Positions 1-9,401 of a stretch of DNA of 64,000 bases are shown here, piece after piece (within the stretch, counting starts at the first letter, position 1; each line of letters opens with the position of its first letter). This DNA comes from an uncultured Candidatus Rokubacteria bacterium (GTDB lineage: Bacteria > Methylomirabilota > Methylomirabilia > Rokubacteriales > CSP1-6). The position numbers were made by a program, and so were the translations under genes. The notes beneath the pieces are model-generated. The model was not told the DNA's origin. It saw nothing but the letters and a program-made list of their open reading frames with translations, and did no database searches. Location: positions 448,001-512,000 of the forward strand of contig CAWBMV010000037.1 of assembly GCA_963789955.1 (NCBI GenBank), in the 5' to 3' direction.

Positions 1-69
1 CCGGCCAAGCGCGTCTGCAAGTTCCGTCTCGCCAAGAGCCTGAAGGACGCGGTGCTTGGCAAGAAGTAG
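1..69 (+). CDS. HU/IHF-family DNA-binding protein, C-terminal fragment (partial at window edge)
   Basis: Frame 1 reads PAKRVCKFRLAKSLKDAVLGKK*, typical of the HU C-terminus (PAK-x-x-KF...LKDAV). Confidence 0.8.
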   Translation, partial: PAKRVCKFRLAKSLKDAVLGKK

Positions 70-187
70 GACTGGACATCGCGCGGGGGGCGCTCGGCCC
101 GCCGCTGCCCCAGCTCCCTCACTCGCGTCTGCGACCGTTCCGCGGGTCTGGCAGGGAATCGGATACCGGCCCCTGCCGGACGCCGCG

Positions 188-595
188 ATGGCCCGCCCGC
201 TCTTCGATTTCGCCGCGGTCTCCTGGCCCCCCACCGACGACATCGCCGTCGCGTGGGGCGCCACGGATGGCGGTCAGCGTCTCATCGGCGCCGTGATCGG
301 AGAGCGGAGCGGTCAGGCCATGCTGCTGCACGGACCCGTGGTCACTGTCGAGACCGATCCACTCGAAATCGCCTCGCAGCTCGTTGCCGCCGTCCTCGAT
401 CACGCCGCGGCTTCCGGCGTGGTCACCATCTTCGCGCGACCGCAGAGCCTCGATCGGGTCTGGGTGCGCTTCGGCTTCATCCCGGTGCCCGAAGGCACGT
501 TGCCTCCCGATCTCGCGGGTCGGCCCGGGAGCGGTCTCTACGCCTGGCGTGGCGGCACCGCGTTGTGGACGCTTCGCGAACACCTTCGCGACTGA
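188..595 (+). CDS. Hypothetical GNAT-like (ArgA-type acetyltransferase fold) protein; start uncertain
   Basis: Reads 'LIGAVIGE...LLHGPVV...IASQLVAAVLDHA...WVRFGF', a degenerate GNAT pattern; stop abuts the cofD ATG. Confidence 0.5.
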   Translation: MARPLFDFAAVSWPPTDDIAVAWGATDGGQRLIGAVIGERSGQAMLLHGPVVTVETDPLEIASQLVAAVLDHAAASGVVTIFARPQSLDRVWVRFGFIPVPEGTLPPDLAGRPGSGLYAWRGGTALWTLREHLRD

Positions 596-596
596 C

Positions 597-1534
<938 letters not shown>

Positions 1535-1538
<4 letters not shown>

Positions 1539-2431
1539 GGAACGGCGCCGGGTCACGCCTCGTCGTCGCCGTGCCGGTCAAGGACCTGACCCACGCCAAG
1601 CAGCGGCTGATGGGCGCGCTCTCGGTCGCCGAGCGCGGCGAGCTGGCGCGGGCGATGCTGCGCGACGTGCTCCGCGCGCTCGCGGCCGCCGACCTCGACG
1701 GCGTGTGGGTCATCACGCGCGACCCCGCGGCCACGGCCATCGCGCGCGGGCTCGGCGCCGAGGCCGTCTCGGAAGCGGAGAACCGCGGCCATACGGCAGC
1801 GGTCGCGCTCGCCCAGGCCGAGGCCGTCCGCCGAGGCGCGCGCATCTTCGTGACGGTGCCGGGCGACGTGCCGTGTGTCACCGCCGACGAGCTGAGAGCG
1901 CTCGCCGACGGCGTGCGAGAGGGCGCGCCGATCTTCGTGCCCTCGCGCTCCGGTCTCGGCACCAACGGCGTCGCGCTGGCGCCGCCCGACGCGATGGCGC
2001 TGACGTTCGGCGAGCCGTCCTTCGCGCGCCACCTCGAGACGGCGCGCGCCCGCGGCCTCACGCCGCGCGTGCTCACCTTGCCGGGACTCGGGCTCGACGT
2101 CGACTCGCCGGAGGACCTCGCGACGCTCCTGGCCGAGCGCAGCGCCACCGAGACTCACCAGCTCGTCTCCGCCTGGCGCCGCGCCCCCAACCTCGTGCGC
2201 CTCCGACAGATGAACCACGCGTCGCCGGGCTCGCGTCTGTCTCAGGCCTCGCGCACCACGGGGCCCGCAAACGCCAAGCCGGACGTCGGCCGACGCGATG
2301 AATACACCGTGCGGAGCCACGCCGCTCCTATCTCAGGCCACCCTCGGTCAAGCCGGCCTCGAGGACCTCGCTACAATGACTCGCTACGAGGTGATCGGCG
2401 TCGCAGGCATCGGCGAGGTGCGGCCTGGTGA
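1535..2431 (+). CDS. cofC: 2-phospho-L-lactate/PEP guanylyltransferase; homologous part ends near 2180, C-terminal tail is probably read-through
   Basis: Motifs VPVKDLTHAKQRL, PGDVP, GTNG, FGEPSFARH, LDVDSPEDL; ATGA overlap with cofD. Confidence 0.9.
2308..2379 (+). repeat. Dispersed ~73-bp element, copy A (includes putative RBS and ATG of cofE)
   Basis: 66 of 74 aligned columns identical to the reverse complement of 19684-19756 (manual alignment). Confidence 0.85.
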
Positions 2432-3125
2432 CGACATCGCGCAGCTCATCGTCGAGGCGGCCGCGCGTCAGGCGACGCCCGTCCTGTCCGGCGATCTGCT
2501 CGTGATCGGCCAGAAGATCGTGTCGAAGGCCGAGGGCCGGCTCGTGAAGCTCGCGGACGTGCAGCCCTCGCCGATCGCGCTGGCGATGGCACCCGGGCTC
2601 GCCAAGGATCCGCGCCTGGTCGAGGTGATCCTCGCCGAATCGCGCCGCGTCGTCCGCATGGACAAAGGCGTCCTCATCACCGAGACCCATCACGGCTGGA
2701 TCTGCGCCAACGCCGGCATCGATCAGTCGAACGTCGACGCGGATTCGGTCGCGCTCCTGCCCGAGGATTCCGACCGCTCGGCGCGAGCGGTGCGGGATCG
2801 CGTGCGCGCGCTCCTCGGTGTCGACGTGTTCGTGATCGTCACCGACACGTTCGGCCGGCCCTGGCGCGAGGGGTTGACCAACGTGGCCATCGGCATCGCC
2901 GGATTCGCGCCGCTCCTGAGCTACCTCGGCGAGCGCGATCCGGCCGGCCGCCCGCTGCAAGCCACCATCCTGGCGCTCGCCGACGAGCTCGCCGGCGCGG
3001 CGGAGCCGGTCATGGGCAAGCTCGACCGCATTCCGGCCGCGATCGTGCGCGGGCTCGCGCTCAGGCCGAGCGAGGAAGGCTCGAAACCGCTCCTGCGCGA
3101 GCCGGCGCGCGATCTCTTTCGCTGA
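2376..3125 (+). CDS. cofE: Coenzyme F420-0:gamma-glutamyl ligase
   Basis: Motifs GDLLVIGQKIVSKAEGR, CANAGIDQSN, TDTFGRPWREG, ADELAGAA. Confidence 0.95.
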   Translation: MTRYEVIGVAGIGEVRPGDDIAQLIVEAAARQATPVLSGDLLVIGQKIVSKAEGRLVKLADVQPSPIALAMAPGLAKDPRLVEVILAESRRVVRMDKGVLITETHHGWICANAGIDQSNVDADSVALLPEDSDRSARAVRDRVRALLGVDVFVIVTDTFGRPWREGLTNVAIGIAGFAPLLSYLGERDPAGRPLQATILALADELAGAAEPVMGKLDRIPAAIVRGLALRPSEEGSKPLLREPARDLFR

Positions 3126-3136
3126 ACGGTGAGGCC

Positions 3137-3782
3137 ATGAACATCGCGATTCTCGGGGGAACGGGCAAAGAAGGGGCCGGGCTGGGCACACGCTGGGCGC
3201 TGCTCGGCCATTCGATCATCATCGGCTCGCGCGACGCCGAGCGGGCGAAAGCCAAGGCCGCCGAGCTCCGCGAGCAGACGCAGAAGCTCCCGATCATGGG
3301 CGAGTCCAACGCCGAGGCGGCACGCCTGGGCTCCGTGATCGTCGTCGCGCTGCCGGCGACGGGGCTCGCGGCCACGCTCCCCGAGGTGCGGGACGGCTGC
3401 CGCGGCAAGGTCGTCATCTCGCACGGTCGTGCCGCTCACGTTCGGCGGCCCGCGCCTTTTCACGCCGCCGCCGGCGGGGTCGTCGGCGGAGGAAGCGCAG
3501 GCGCTCCTGCCCGACGCCAAGGTCGTCGCGGCCTTCCACCACATCGCCGCCCACGAGCTGTCCGAGACCGAGCACGCGATCGAGTGCGATCTGCTCCTCT
3601 GCGGTGGTGACGCCTCCGCCAAGGAAGTCGTCGGTGAGCTGGGGCGCTCGATGGGGCTCCGGCCGATCGACGTCGGCGGGCTCAGCAACGCCGGACCGCT
3701 CGAGGGCATCACCGCGGTCCTCGCCACGATCAACCGGCGCTACAAGCTGAAGAACTCCGGCATCAAGATCACCGGCCTCTGA
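3137..3782 (+). CDS. npdG: NADPH-dependent F420 reductase (frameshift near 3420)
   Basis: IAILGGTGKEGAGL..IGSR in one frame; GSSAEE..VVAAFH..IDVGGLSN..INRRYK in the next. Confidence 0.9.
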
Positions 3783-3798
3783 GCCGCCCGCTCGCCGC

Positions 3799-4255
3799 TC
3801 AGGCGCGAGAGACGGCGAGCCCGAGGTAGACGATCACGACCGCGAGCAGCAGCACGACGCGATCCATCCACGCGATCGCCGAGAGCGCCGGGCTCGGATC
3901 GTCGCCGGCGGCCACCGCGCGCGTCAGACGCGGCACCTGCGCGAAATCACGCTGACCGGCGACCGCGACCGCCGCGAGCACGAGCATGAACTTGAGCGCC
4001 AGCAGGAGCGCGGCGCCGCTCTGCAGCACGCGATCGAGCGGGCCGAGCAGGGTCACGTTGTAGAGCCCGGTCAGCACCACCAGGGCGACCGCCGACCCAT
4101 GTGACGCGCCGGCCGCGGCGCAGCATCTCGGCCAGCGGCGTGCCGCTGTTCCGCCGAGCCGCGGGCATGACCACGTGAGCCTGATACATGAGCCCGCCGA
4201 TCCACACCACGACGCCCAGCAGATGGAGCCACACCGAGACGAGCGACGTCGTCAC
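3799..4255 (-). CDS. CopD-like four-helix membrane protein (frameshift near 4090)
   Basis: 'WLHLLGVVVWIGG' N-terminal motif; 'VLTGLYN..LALKFMLV' continues in another frame. Confidence 0.65.
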
Positions 4256-4944
4256 GAGGCCCCGTCGGCCAGGCGCGCCACCACGCGCTCGACGTCCGCG
4301 AGATTGCTGAAGAGCACGTCGGGGCGGTGCCCCGCCAGCTCCTCGACCGGGTACTGACCCGTCGCGACCGCGACGGCCACCGCGCCGCAGCCGCGGGCGC
4401 ACGCGATGTCCAGCGGGGTGTCGCCGATGATCGTGACGCGATCGAACGTGAACTCGTGACCGAGGGCGCGCGCCCGCTCGCGCGCGATCGCGGGCAGGCG
4501 CAGCCGGTCGGCGTCGTCGCCGCCGTAGGCGGCCACGCGGAAGAACGGCCAGAGACCGGTCGGCTCGAGCTTGATGCGGGCTCCGGCTTCGATGTTCCCG
4601 GTCAAGAGCCCGACGACCGCGTCCGGCCGCGCGCCGAGCCGCCGGACCACCTCCGCGACGCCGGGCAAGACCTGGATCCGAGAGCCGTCGCCGATGATCC
4701 GCGTGAGCTCGCGCGCGTAGGCCTGGAAGCACGCGTCGACGCGCGCACGAATCCGCTCGCCGTCCAGGCCGGCGTCGGTCATCAGCTCGTGGACGATGCT
4801 CAGGTCGGTCCGCCCGCGGAAATCGTAGCGCTCGATCGTGCCGGCGGTGCCGTACGTTTCCTCGAGCGCGCGCGCGAACGCGGTGCGGCCGGCGCCGCGC
4901 ACGCTCACGAGCGTGCCGTCGATGTCGAACAGGAAGAGCCGCAC
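4252..4944 (-). CDS. HAD-superfamily hydrolase
   Basis: FDIDGTL motif I, LLTGN motif II, IIGDTPLD motif IV. Confidence 0.9.
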   Translation of the reverse strand: MRLFLFDIDGTLVSVRGAGRTAFARALEETYGTAGTIERYDFRGRTDLSIVHELMTDAGLDGERIRARVDACFQAYARELTRIIGDGSRIQVLPGVAEVVRRLGARPDAVVGLLTGNIEAGARIKLEPTGLWPFFRVAAYGGDDADRLRLPAIARERARALGHEFTFDRVTIIGDTPLDIACARGCGAVAVAVATGQYPVEELAGHRPDVLFSNLADVERVVARLADGAS

Positions 4945-4945
4945 G

Positions 4946-6154
4946 CTATTGGGACGCGAGGCGGCGGAGGCGGGTGACCACCGCGGGCACCGCATCGAGC
5001 ACGAGGTCGATCTCGCTCGCCGTGGTCCAGCGGCCGAGCGTGAAGCACAGCGAGCCCTCGGCCGTGTCACGGTCGCAGCCGATCGCCCGCAGCACATGCG
5101 ACGGCTCGCCGGTCATGGCCGTGCAGGCCGCGCCCGACGAGGCGGCCACGCCGCGAAGATCGAGATCGGTCAAGGCGCTCTCGGCCTTCACGCCGGGCAC
5201 GACGATCGACGCATGCTGCGGGAGCCGATCCGCGCCGCGGGCGCCGGTCAGGCGAGCGTCCGGAATGCGCGCGAGCAATCCGGCGAGCAGTCGATCACGC
5301 AGCTCGCCGAGCCGCGCCACTTCGCTCGCGACCTCGACCCGCGCCAGGTCGGCCGCGACGCCCATCCCGGCGATCGCCGGCAGGTTCTCGGTGCCGGCGC
5401 GATAGCCGCGCTCCTGTCCGCCGCCCACCGTGAGCGGCGCGAGCTTGACCGACGCGCGCGCCCAGAGGGCGCCGGCGCCCGGCGGCCCGTAGAGATCGTT
5501 CGACGAGAGCGTGAGCAGGTCGATGCGGCAGTCGTCGACGAGGAGCGGGACGCGTCCGGCGGCGCCCACCGCGTCGACGTGGAACGGCACGCCGCGCGCG
5601 CGCGCGATGCGGCCGATCTCGCGAACGGGCTGGATCGTGCCGATCTCGTTGTTCGCCGCCATGACCGAGACGAGCGCCGTCTCGTCGCGGATCGCGTTCG
5701 CCACCGCCTCCGGGTCGATGCGGCCGTCGGCGTCCACGCCCACGTAGGTGACGCTCCAGCCGCGCTTCTCGAGGTCGCGACACGAATCGATCAGCGAGAT
5801 GTGCTCGATCGCTGAGGTGACGATGTGCCGGCCGGCGGCCCGCTGGGCCAGTCCCTTGACGGCGAGGTTGTTCGCCTCGGTGGCGCTGGCGGTGAAGATC
5901 ACGCCGCCGGGTGTCGCGGCGAAGAGCCGCGCGACCTTGGCCCGGGCTCCGTCCAGGGTCGAGCGGGCTTCGAGCCCCAGCGAGTGCTGGGCGTTCGGAT
6001 TGCCGACGCCCCCCTCGAAGAACGGCCGCATGACCGCCACCACGCGGGGATCGACCGGGGAGAAGCCCGCGTAGTCGAGGTAGACGCGGGCCCCCGCGGA
6101 GGGGAGCCCGGTTCTAGCGAGCCTTTCGGACGAAGAAGCGGAAGACCGCGCCAT
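4946..6154 (-). CDS. IscS/NifS-like cysteine desulfurase family protein with Asp in place of the PLP lysine
   Basis: Motifs VYLDYA, GNPN, FTASATEANN, ANNEIG, GGGQE.GYRAGTEN, SSGAACT; SxHK is replaced by SSND. Confidence 0.88.
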   Translation of the reverse strand: MARSSASSSERLARTGLPSAGARVYLDYAGFSPVDPRVVAVMRPFFEGGVGNPNAQHSLGLEARSTLDGARAKVARLFAATPGGVIFTASATEANNLAVKGLAQRAAGRHIVTSAIEHISLIDSCRDLEKRGWSVTYVGVDADGRIDPEAVANAIRDETALVSVMAANNEIGTIQPVREIGRIARARGVPFHVDAVGAAGRVPLLVDDCRIDLLTLSSNDLYGPPGAGALWARASVKLAPLTVGGGQERGYRAGTENLPAIAGMGVAADLARVEVASEVARLGELRDRLLAGLLARIPDARLTGARGADRLPQHASIVVPGVKAESALTDLDLRGVAASSGAACTAMTGEPSHVLRAIGCDRDTAEGSLCFTLGRWTTASEIDLVLDAVPAVVTRLRRLASQ

Positions 6155-6350
6155 TTCTCTGCATCTCCAAGAGCTCGTTGCCGGTTCGCATCGACCAGCT
6201 CTTCATGTCCGCCTCGGAGCCGGGATCGTCCGACGTGACCTCCAGCACCTGGCCCGGATCCATGTGCTTGAGCGCCTCGCGCGTCTTGACGATCGGCATC
6301 GGGCAAAAGAGCCCGAGGCAATCGAGCGTCTTGTCGGCAACGACGGGCAT
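6114..6350 (-). CDS. tusA: TusA/SirA-family sulfur carrier
   Basis: LDCLGLFCPMP and SDDPGS motifs; 78 aa. Confidence 0.9.
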   Translation of the reverse strand: MPVVADKTLDCLGLFCPMPIVKTREALKHMDPGQVLEVTSDDPGSEADMKSWSMRTGNELLEMQRNGAVFRFFVRKAR

Positions 6351-6494
6351 ATGGGCTATTTCCTTGAAAATTCTGACATCGACCGTGGTGCTCACGCAAT
6401 CTTTCCTGCCGAGGTTAGCACAGGCCTCGAATCGGCCGCTCGCAATGCCCGTTCTCCTGTGGGGACTGCTCGTCCACGGGCCGGTCCCCTCCGC

Positions 6495-6500
6495 TATACT
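6495..6500 (+). promoter_or_regulatory. Putative sigma70 -10 hexamer (TATACT) just upstream of the structured region
   Basis: TATACT in GC-rich intergenic DNA; no convincing -35. Confidence 0.35.
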
Positions 6501-6504
6501 CCGT

Positions 6505-6724
6505 GGCCTCCGGCCGCGGCACCCGCAGGTTGCCGCCCGCGGGGACATCAGGTTCACGGCAATCTGCGCGCCCGGCTCCGGAGCAACCACGCTCGGGTCC
6601 ACGGGTGTCGTTGAAGGCCCGCCGAGCCTACGAGAGGCGGGGCCGATAGACTGGGTGTCATGAAGCGTCGTCCTGCATGTCGCAGGGTATACGACGGACG
6701 TTGCCACGGTCGTCGGCTGGAGCC
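6505..6724 (+). ncRNA. Candidate structured non-coding RNA or 5' leader (multi-stem, family unknown; strand inferred from the -10 box and G-U pairs)
   Basis: Closing helix 6508-6520/6709-6722 encloses four hairpins: 6524-6535/6557-6568, 6570-6606, 6616-6644, 6666-6696. Confidence 0.45.
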
Positions 6725-6799
6725 GACCGCTGCTACCCTGAGGCTCATGCTGTCGCGCGCGACGAGAGGTCTGCGCCCGCCTTCCACTGCCCACGGCCC

Positions 6800-7693
6800 A
6801 TGGACCTAGAGCATTTCGGTCTTCGCGAGCGTCCGTTCTCGAACGCGCCCGATCTTCGATTCGTCTATATGGGCGCGCACCACGAGCAGGCGCTCGCGTA
6901 TCTGCTCCACAGCGTGGAGGCGCACGCGGGGGTCGTCCTCCTCACCGGAGAGAGCGGTGTCGGCAAGACGACGACGTGTCGCGTGCTCCTGAACCGGCTG
7001 CCCGAGCGCGTCGACGTGGCGTTGATCCTCAATCCCGTGCCGACTCCCGCGGAGCTCGTTTCCGTCATCTGTGACGAGCTCGGGGTGCCCCACGGGATGG
7101 AGGTGTCCGCCCCGATGGTCCTCGACACCCTCCACCGGGAGCTGGCGGTCCGTCGCAGCACGCGGCGCACGGTTCTGATCGTGGACGAAGCGCAGAACCT
7201 GAGTCTGGAGGTGTTCGAGCAGCTCTGCGTTCTCTCGAACTTGAAAACCGACGGACGGAAGCTTCTCGAGATCATCCTGGTCGGCGAACCGGAGCTCATG
7301 GAGCTCGTGGCGCGCACGGCTCTGCATCCGCCCTCGCAGGCGACGACGGGCTACTATCTGATGCCCTTCGCGGAGGACGAGACCTGCGCGTACGTGCGCC
7401 ACCGGCTGGCCATCGCGGGCGGCCGCGACGTTTTCGAGAACGAAGCGCTGCGAGACGTGCATCGTCTGTCGTCCGGCGTCCCCCGTCTGATCAACACCAT
7501 TTGCGATCGGGCGCTCTCGAGAACGGTCGCGCAGGGGCGTCGACGCGTCGACCGGGCCACCGTCCGCGCGGCCGCGCGCTCCACTTTGGCTCCCGCCGCC
7601 GCCGACTCAGCGGCGCTCGAGACTCGGGCAGACGTAGCTCGGGAAGCGGGTCCGCGGGTCAAGTACGTGACGACCCCGCGGGGGCGGCGGTAA
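6800..7693 (+). CDS. exeA: ExeA/GspA-family AAA ATPase (probably fused to the downstream TM/GspB segment across frameshifts)
   Basis: HFGLRERPFSNAPD, Walker A GESGVGKTT, Walker B IVDEAQNL, SSGVPRLINTICDRAL. Confidence 0.85.
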   Translation: MDLEHFGLRERPFSNAPDLRFVYMGAHHEQALAYLLHSVEAHAGVVLLTGESGVGKTTTCRVLLNRLPERVDVALILNPVPTPAELVSVICDELGVPHGMEVSAPMVLDTLHRELAVRRSTRRTVLIVDEAQNLSLEVFEQLCVLSNLKTDGRKLLEIILVGEPELMELVARTALHPPSQATTGYYLMPFAEDETCAYVRHRLAIAGGRDVFENEALRDVHRLSSGVPRLINTICDRALSRTVAQGRRRVDRATVRAAARSTLAPAAADSAALETRADVAREAGPRVKYVTTPRGRR

Positions 7694-8343
7694 GGGCGCG
7701 GCGGCCGCTCCGGCTGTGGCTCGTGAGCGGCGCGCTCGCTCTCAGCGCGATCATGATCGGCGCCGTGCTCCTGGGTCCCCGTTCGGCGAATGTCGGGGCG
7801 CCTTCGCCCGAGTCGCCTGCCCCGACGGAGACCGCCGGCACGGTCGAACCGTCAGGTCAAACGGCACCGGCGGGGCCGCTCCGCCGCGCAGCGAGCAACC
7901 AACTGCAGCCGCGCGTGTCGACGCGACCCGGCAGCCAGACACGGCTCCGGCATCGACCGAGCCCGTCGTGACGGCGCGGCCCGCCCCGGCCCAGCCCGAC
8001 GATGCGCCCCACCCCGCCGGTGGCGAGTTACGCTCCGGCGTCGCCGGCGCCGTCGGACGAGAGCCCGCGGCAGCGACGCCGGCGGGCTCGCGCCGAGCTT
8101 GGGGGAATCGCCTCACCGCCCCCAGCCTCCATTGAGGCCCTTCCTCCCCAGGAGCTGCCGCTCAAAATCGAGATGCTCGTCTGGGCGCCCGAGCCCAGAG
8201 AGCGGATGGTCTATGTAAACGGGCACAGATACGTTGAAGGCGAGACGCTCGCGAACGGCGCGATCCTTCAGCGAATCGAACAGGATGGCATCATCGTGAT
8301 TCAGGCGGGCCAGCGCCTTCGGTTGCGGTCCGAGACGCGATAA
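7690..8343 (+). CDS. TM helix, Pro-rich linker and GspB/ExeB-like C-terminal domain (frameshifted)
   Basis: TM segment 'LWLVSGALALSAIMIGAVLLG'; C-terminus 'LPLKIEMLVWAPEPRERMVYVNGHRYVEGETL..ILQRIEQDGIIV' resembles T2SS GspB. Confidence 0.6.
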
Positions 8344-8411
8344 GGCGCTTCCCGATAGCTTTCGCTCAGCAGATCGTGTAGTTACGACACACCGCTCAAA
8401 CTTTTCCTGCG

Positions 8412-8440
8412 TTGACCGCCTGCAGCGGCAATAGAATAAT
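8412..8440 (+). promoter_or_regulatory. Putative sigma70 promoter for the GGDEF gene, possibly short-leader or leaderless
   Basis: TTGACC at 8412, AT-rich TAGAATAAT at 8432-8440, ATG at 8447, no SD. Confidence 0.3.
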
Positions 8441-8446
8441 TGTGTC

Positions 8447-9400
8447 ATGTCGCGTGAGTCCGGCGATATCGCGTCCACGGGCCGCCTGCTGAGGCGTAAA
8501 GTCCTGCTGGCGCTCACTCTTTCGTCGCTGATTCCGCTACTGGTGCTGGCCTACGTGGTGTACCGCTACGTGCGGCCCGACCTGCACCCGGCGGACGTCA
8601 TGAAGTTCTACGGGCTCCACGCCCTCCTGCTGTTCACAGTCCTCGCCATGGTCGGCGGGGCATACATCATCTGGGATCTCGGCCGCGCCTTCGCGAAGAT
8701 CGCCGAGCTTCTCTCGCGGGAGCCGAAGCTCGCCGAGCTGGGCGGCCGCAGCGACGAGGTCGGCACTCTCATGCGGTCGTTCTCGAACATGCTCGGGACC
8801 GTCGAGCAGCAGGCGATCGACATCAACACGTTCGCCATGCGGCTCGACGCCGCGTACCGCGAGCTCGAAGCGACCAACGCCAAGCTCAAGGAGACCTCGT
8901 TCAAGGACGAGGTCACCGGTCTCTACAATCGACGCTTCTTCTCGCTCCGCCTCGAGGAGGAGATTTCACGCTTCAGGCGGTTCAATCACCCGGTTTCCGT
9001 CGTGGTGCTCGACCTTGACGGGTTCAAGAGCGTCAACGACGAGTTCGGCCACGCGGTCGGCGACGAGACGCTGCGCGATGTCGGTCAGATCCTCATGAAG
9101 CACTCGCGCGGCATCAACGTCGTCTCCCGATACGGCGGCGACGAGTTCGCCGTCCTGCTGGTCGAGACGTCCAAGAGCGGCGCTCGGCTCTACGCGGACC
9201 GGATACGGCAGGTCGTCGCGACCTTCCCCTACTCGCACGGCACGCGCGTCACCGCGAGCTTCGGCGTCGCCAGTCTTCCCGACGACGAAGCCTCGACGTC
9301 GGAGGAGCTGTTCCGCGCCGCCGACGGAGCGCTCTACGCTGCGAAGCGAGCGGGCAAGAACCAGGTCGTGGCGGCTGGTCCGGGTCAGAAGGTAGATTGA
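8447..9400 (+). CDS. Membrane diguanylate cyclase (2 TM, HAMP-like, GGDEF)
   Basis: DEVTGLYNRR, DLDGFKSVNDEFGH, RYGGDEF, ADGALYAAK. Confidence 0.92.
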   Translation: MSRESGDIASTGRLLRRKVLLALTLSSLIPLLVLAYVVYRYVRPDLHPADVMKFYGLHALLLFTVLAMVGGAYIIWDLGRAFAKIAELLSREPKLAELGGRSDEVGTLMRSFSNMLGTVEQQAIDINTFAMRLDAAYRELEATNAKLKETSFKDEVTGLYNRRFFSLRLEEEISRFRRFNHPVSVVVLDLDGFKSVNDEFGHAVGDETLRDVGQILMKHSRGINVVSRYGGDEFAVLLVETSKSGARLYADRIRQVVATFPYSHGTRVTASFGVASLPDDEASTSEELFRAADGALYAAKRAGKNQVVAAGPGQKVD

Positions 9401-9401
9401 C

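Noticed and set aside
2230..2345. Tandem glycine riboswitch (two TCTCAGG motifs)
   Set aside because: The GGAGAG and CCGAAG conserved elements are absent
6505..6724. 6S RNA, SRP RNA or Moco riboswitch identity
   Set aside because: The fold is branched rather than rod-like, and there is no CAGGTCCGGAAGGAAGCAG SRP motif or recognisable riboswitch consensus; retained only as an unknown candidate
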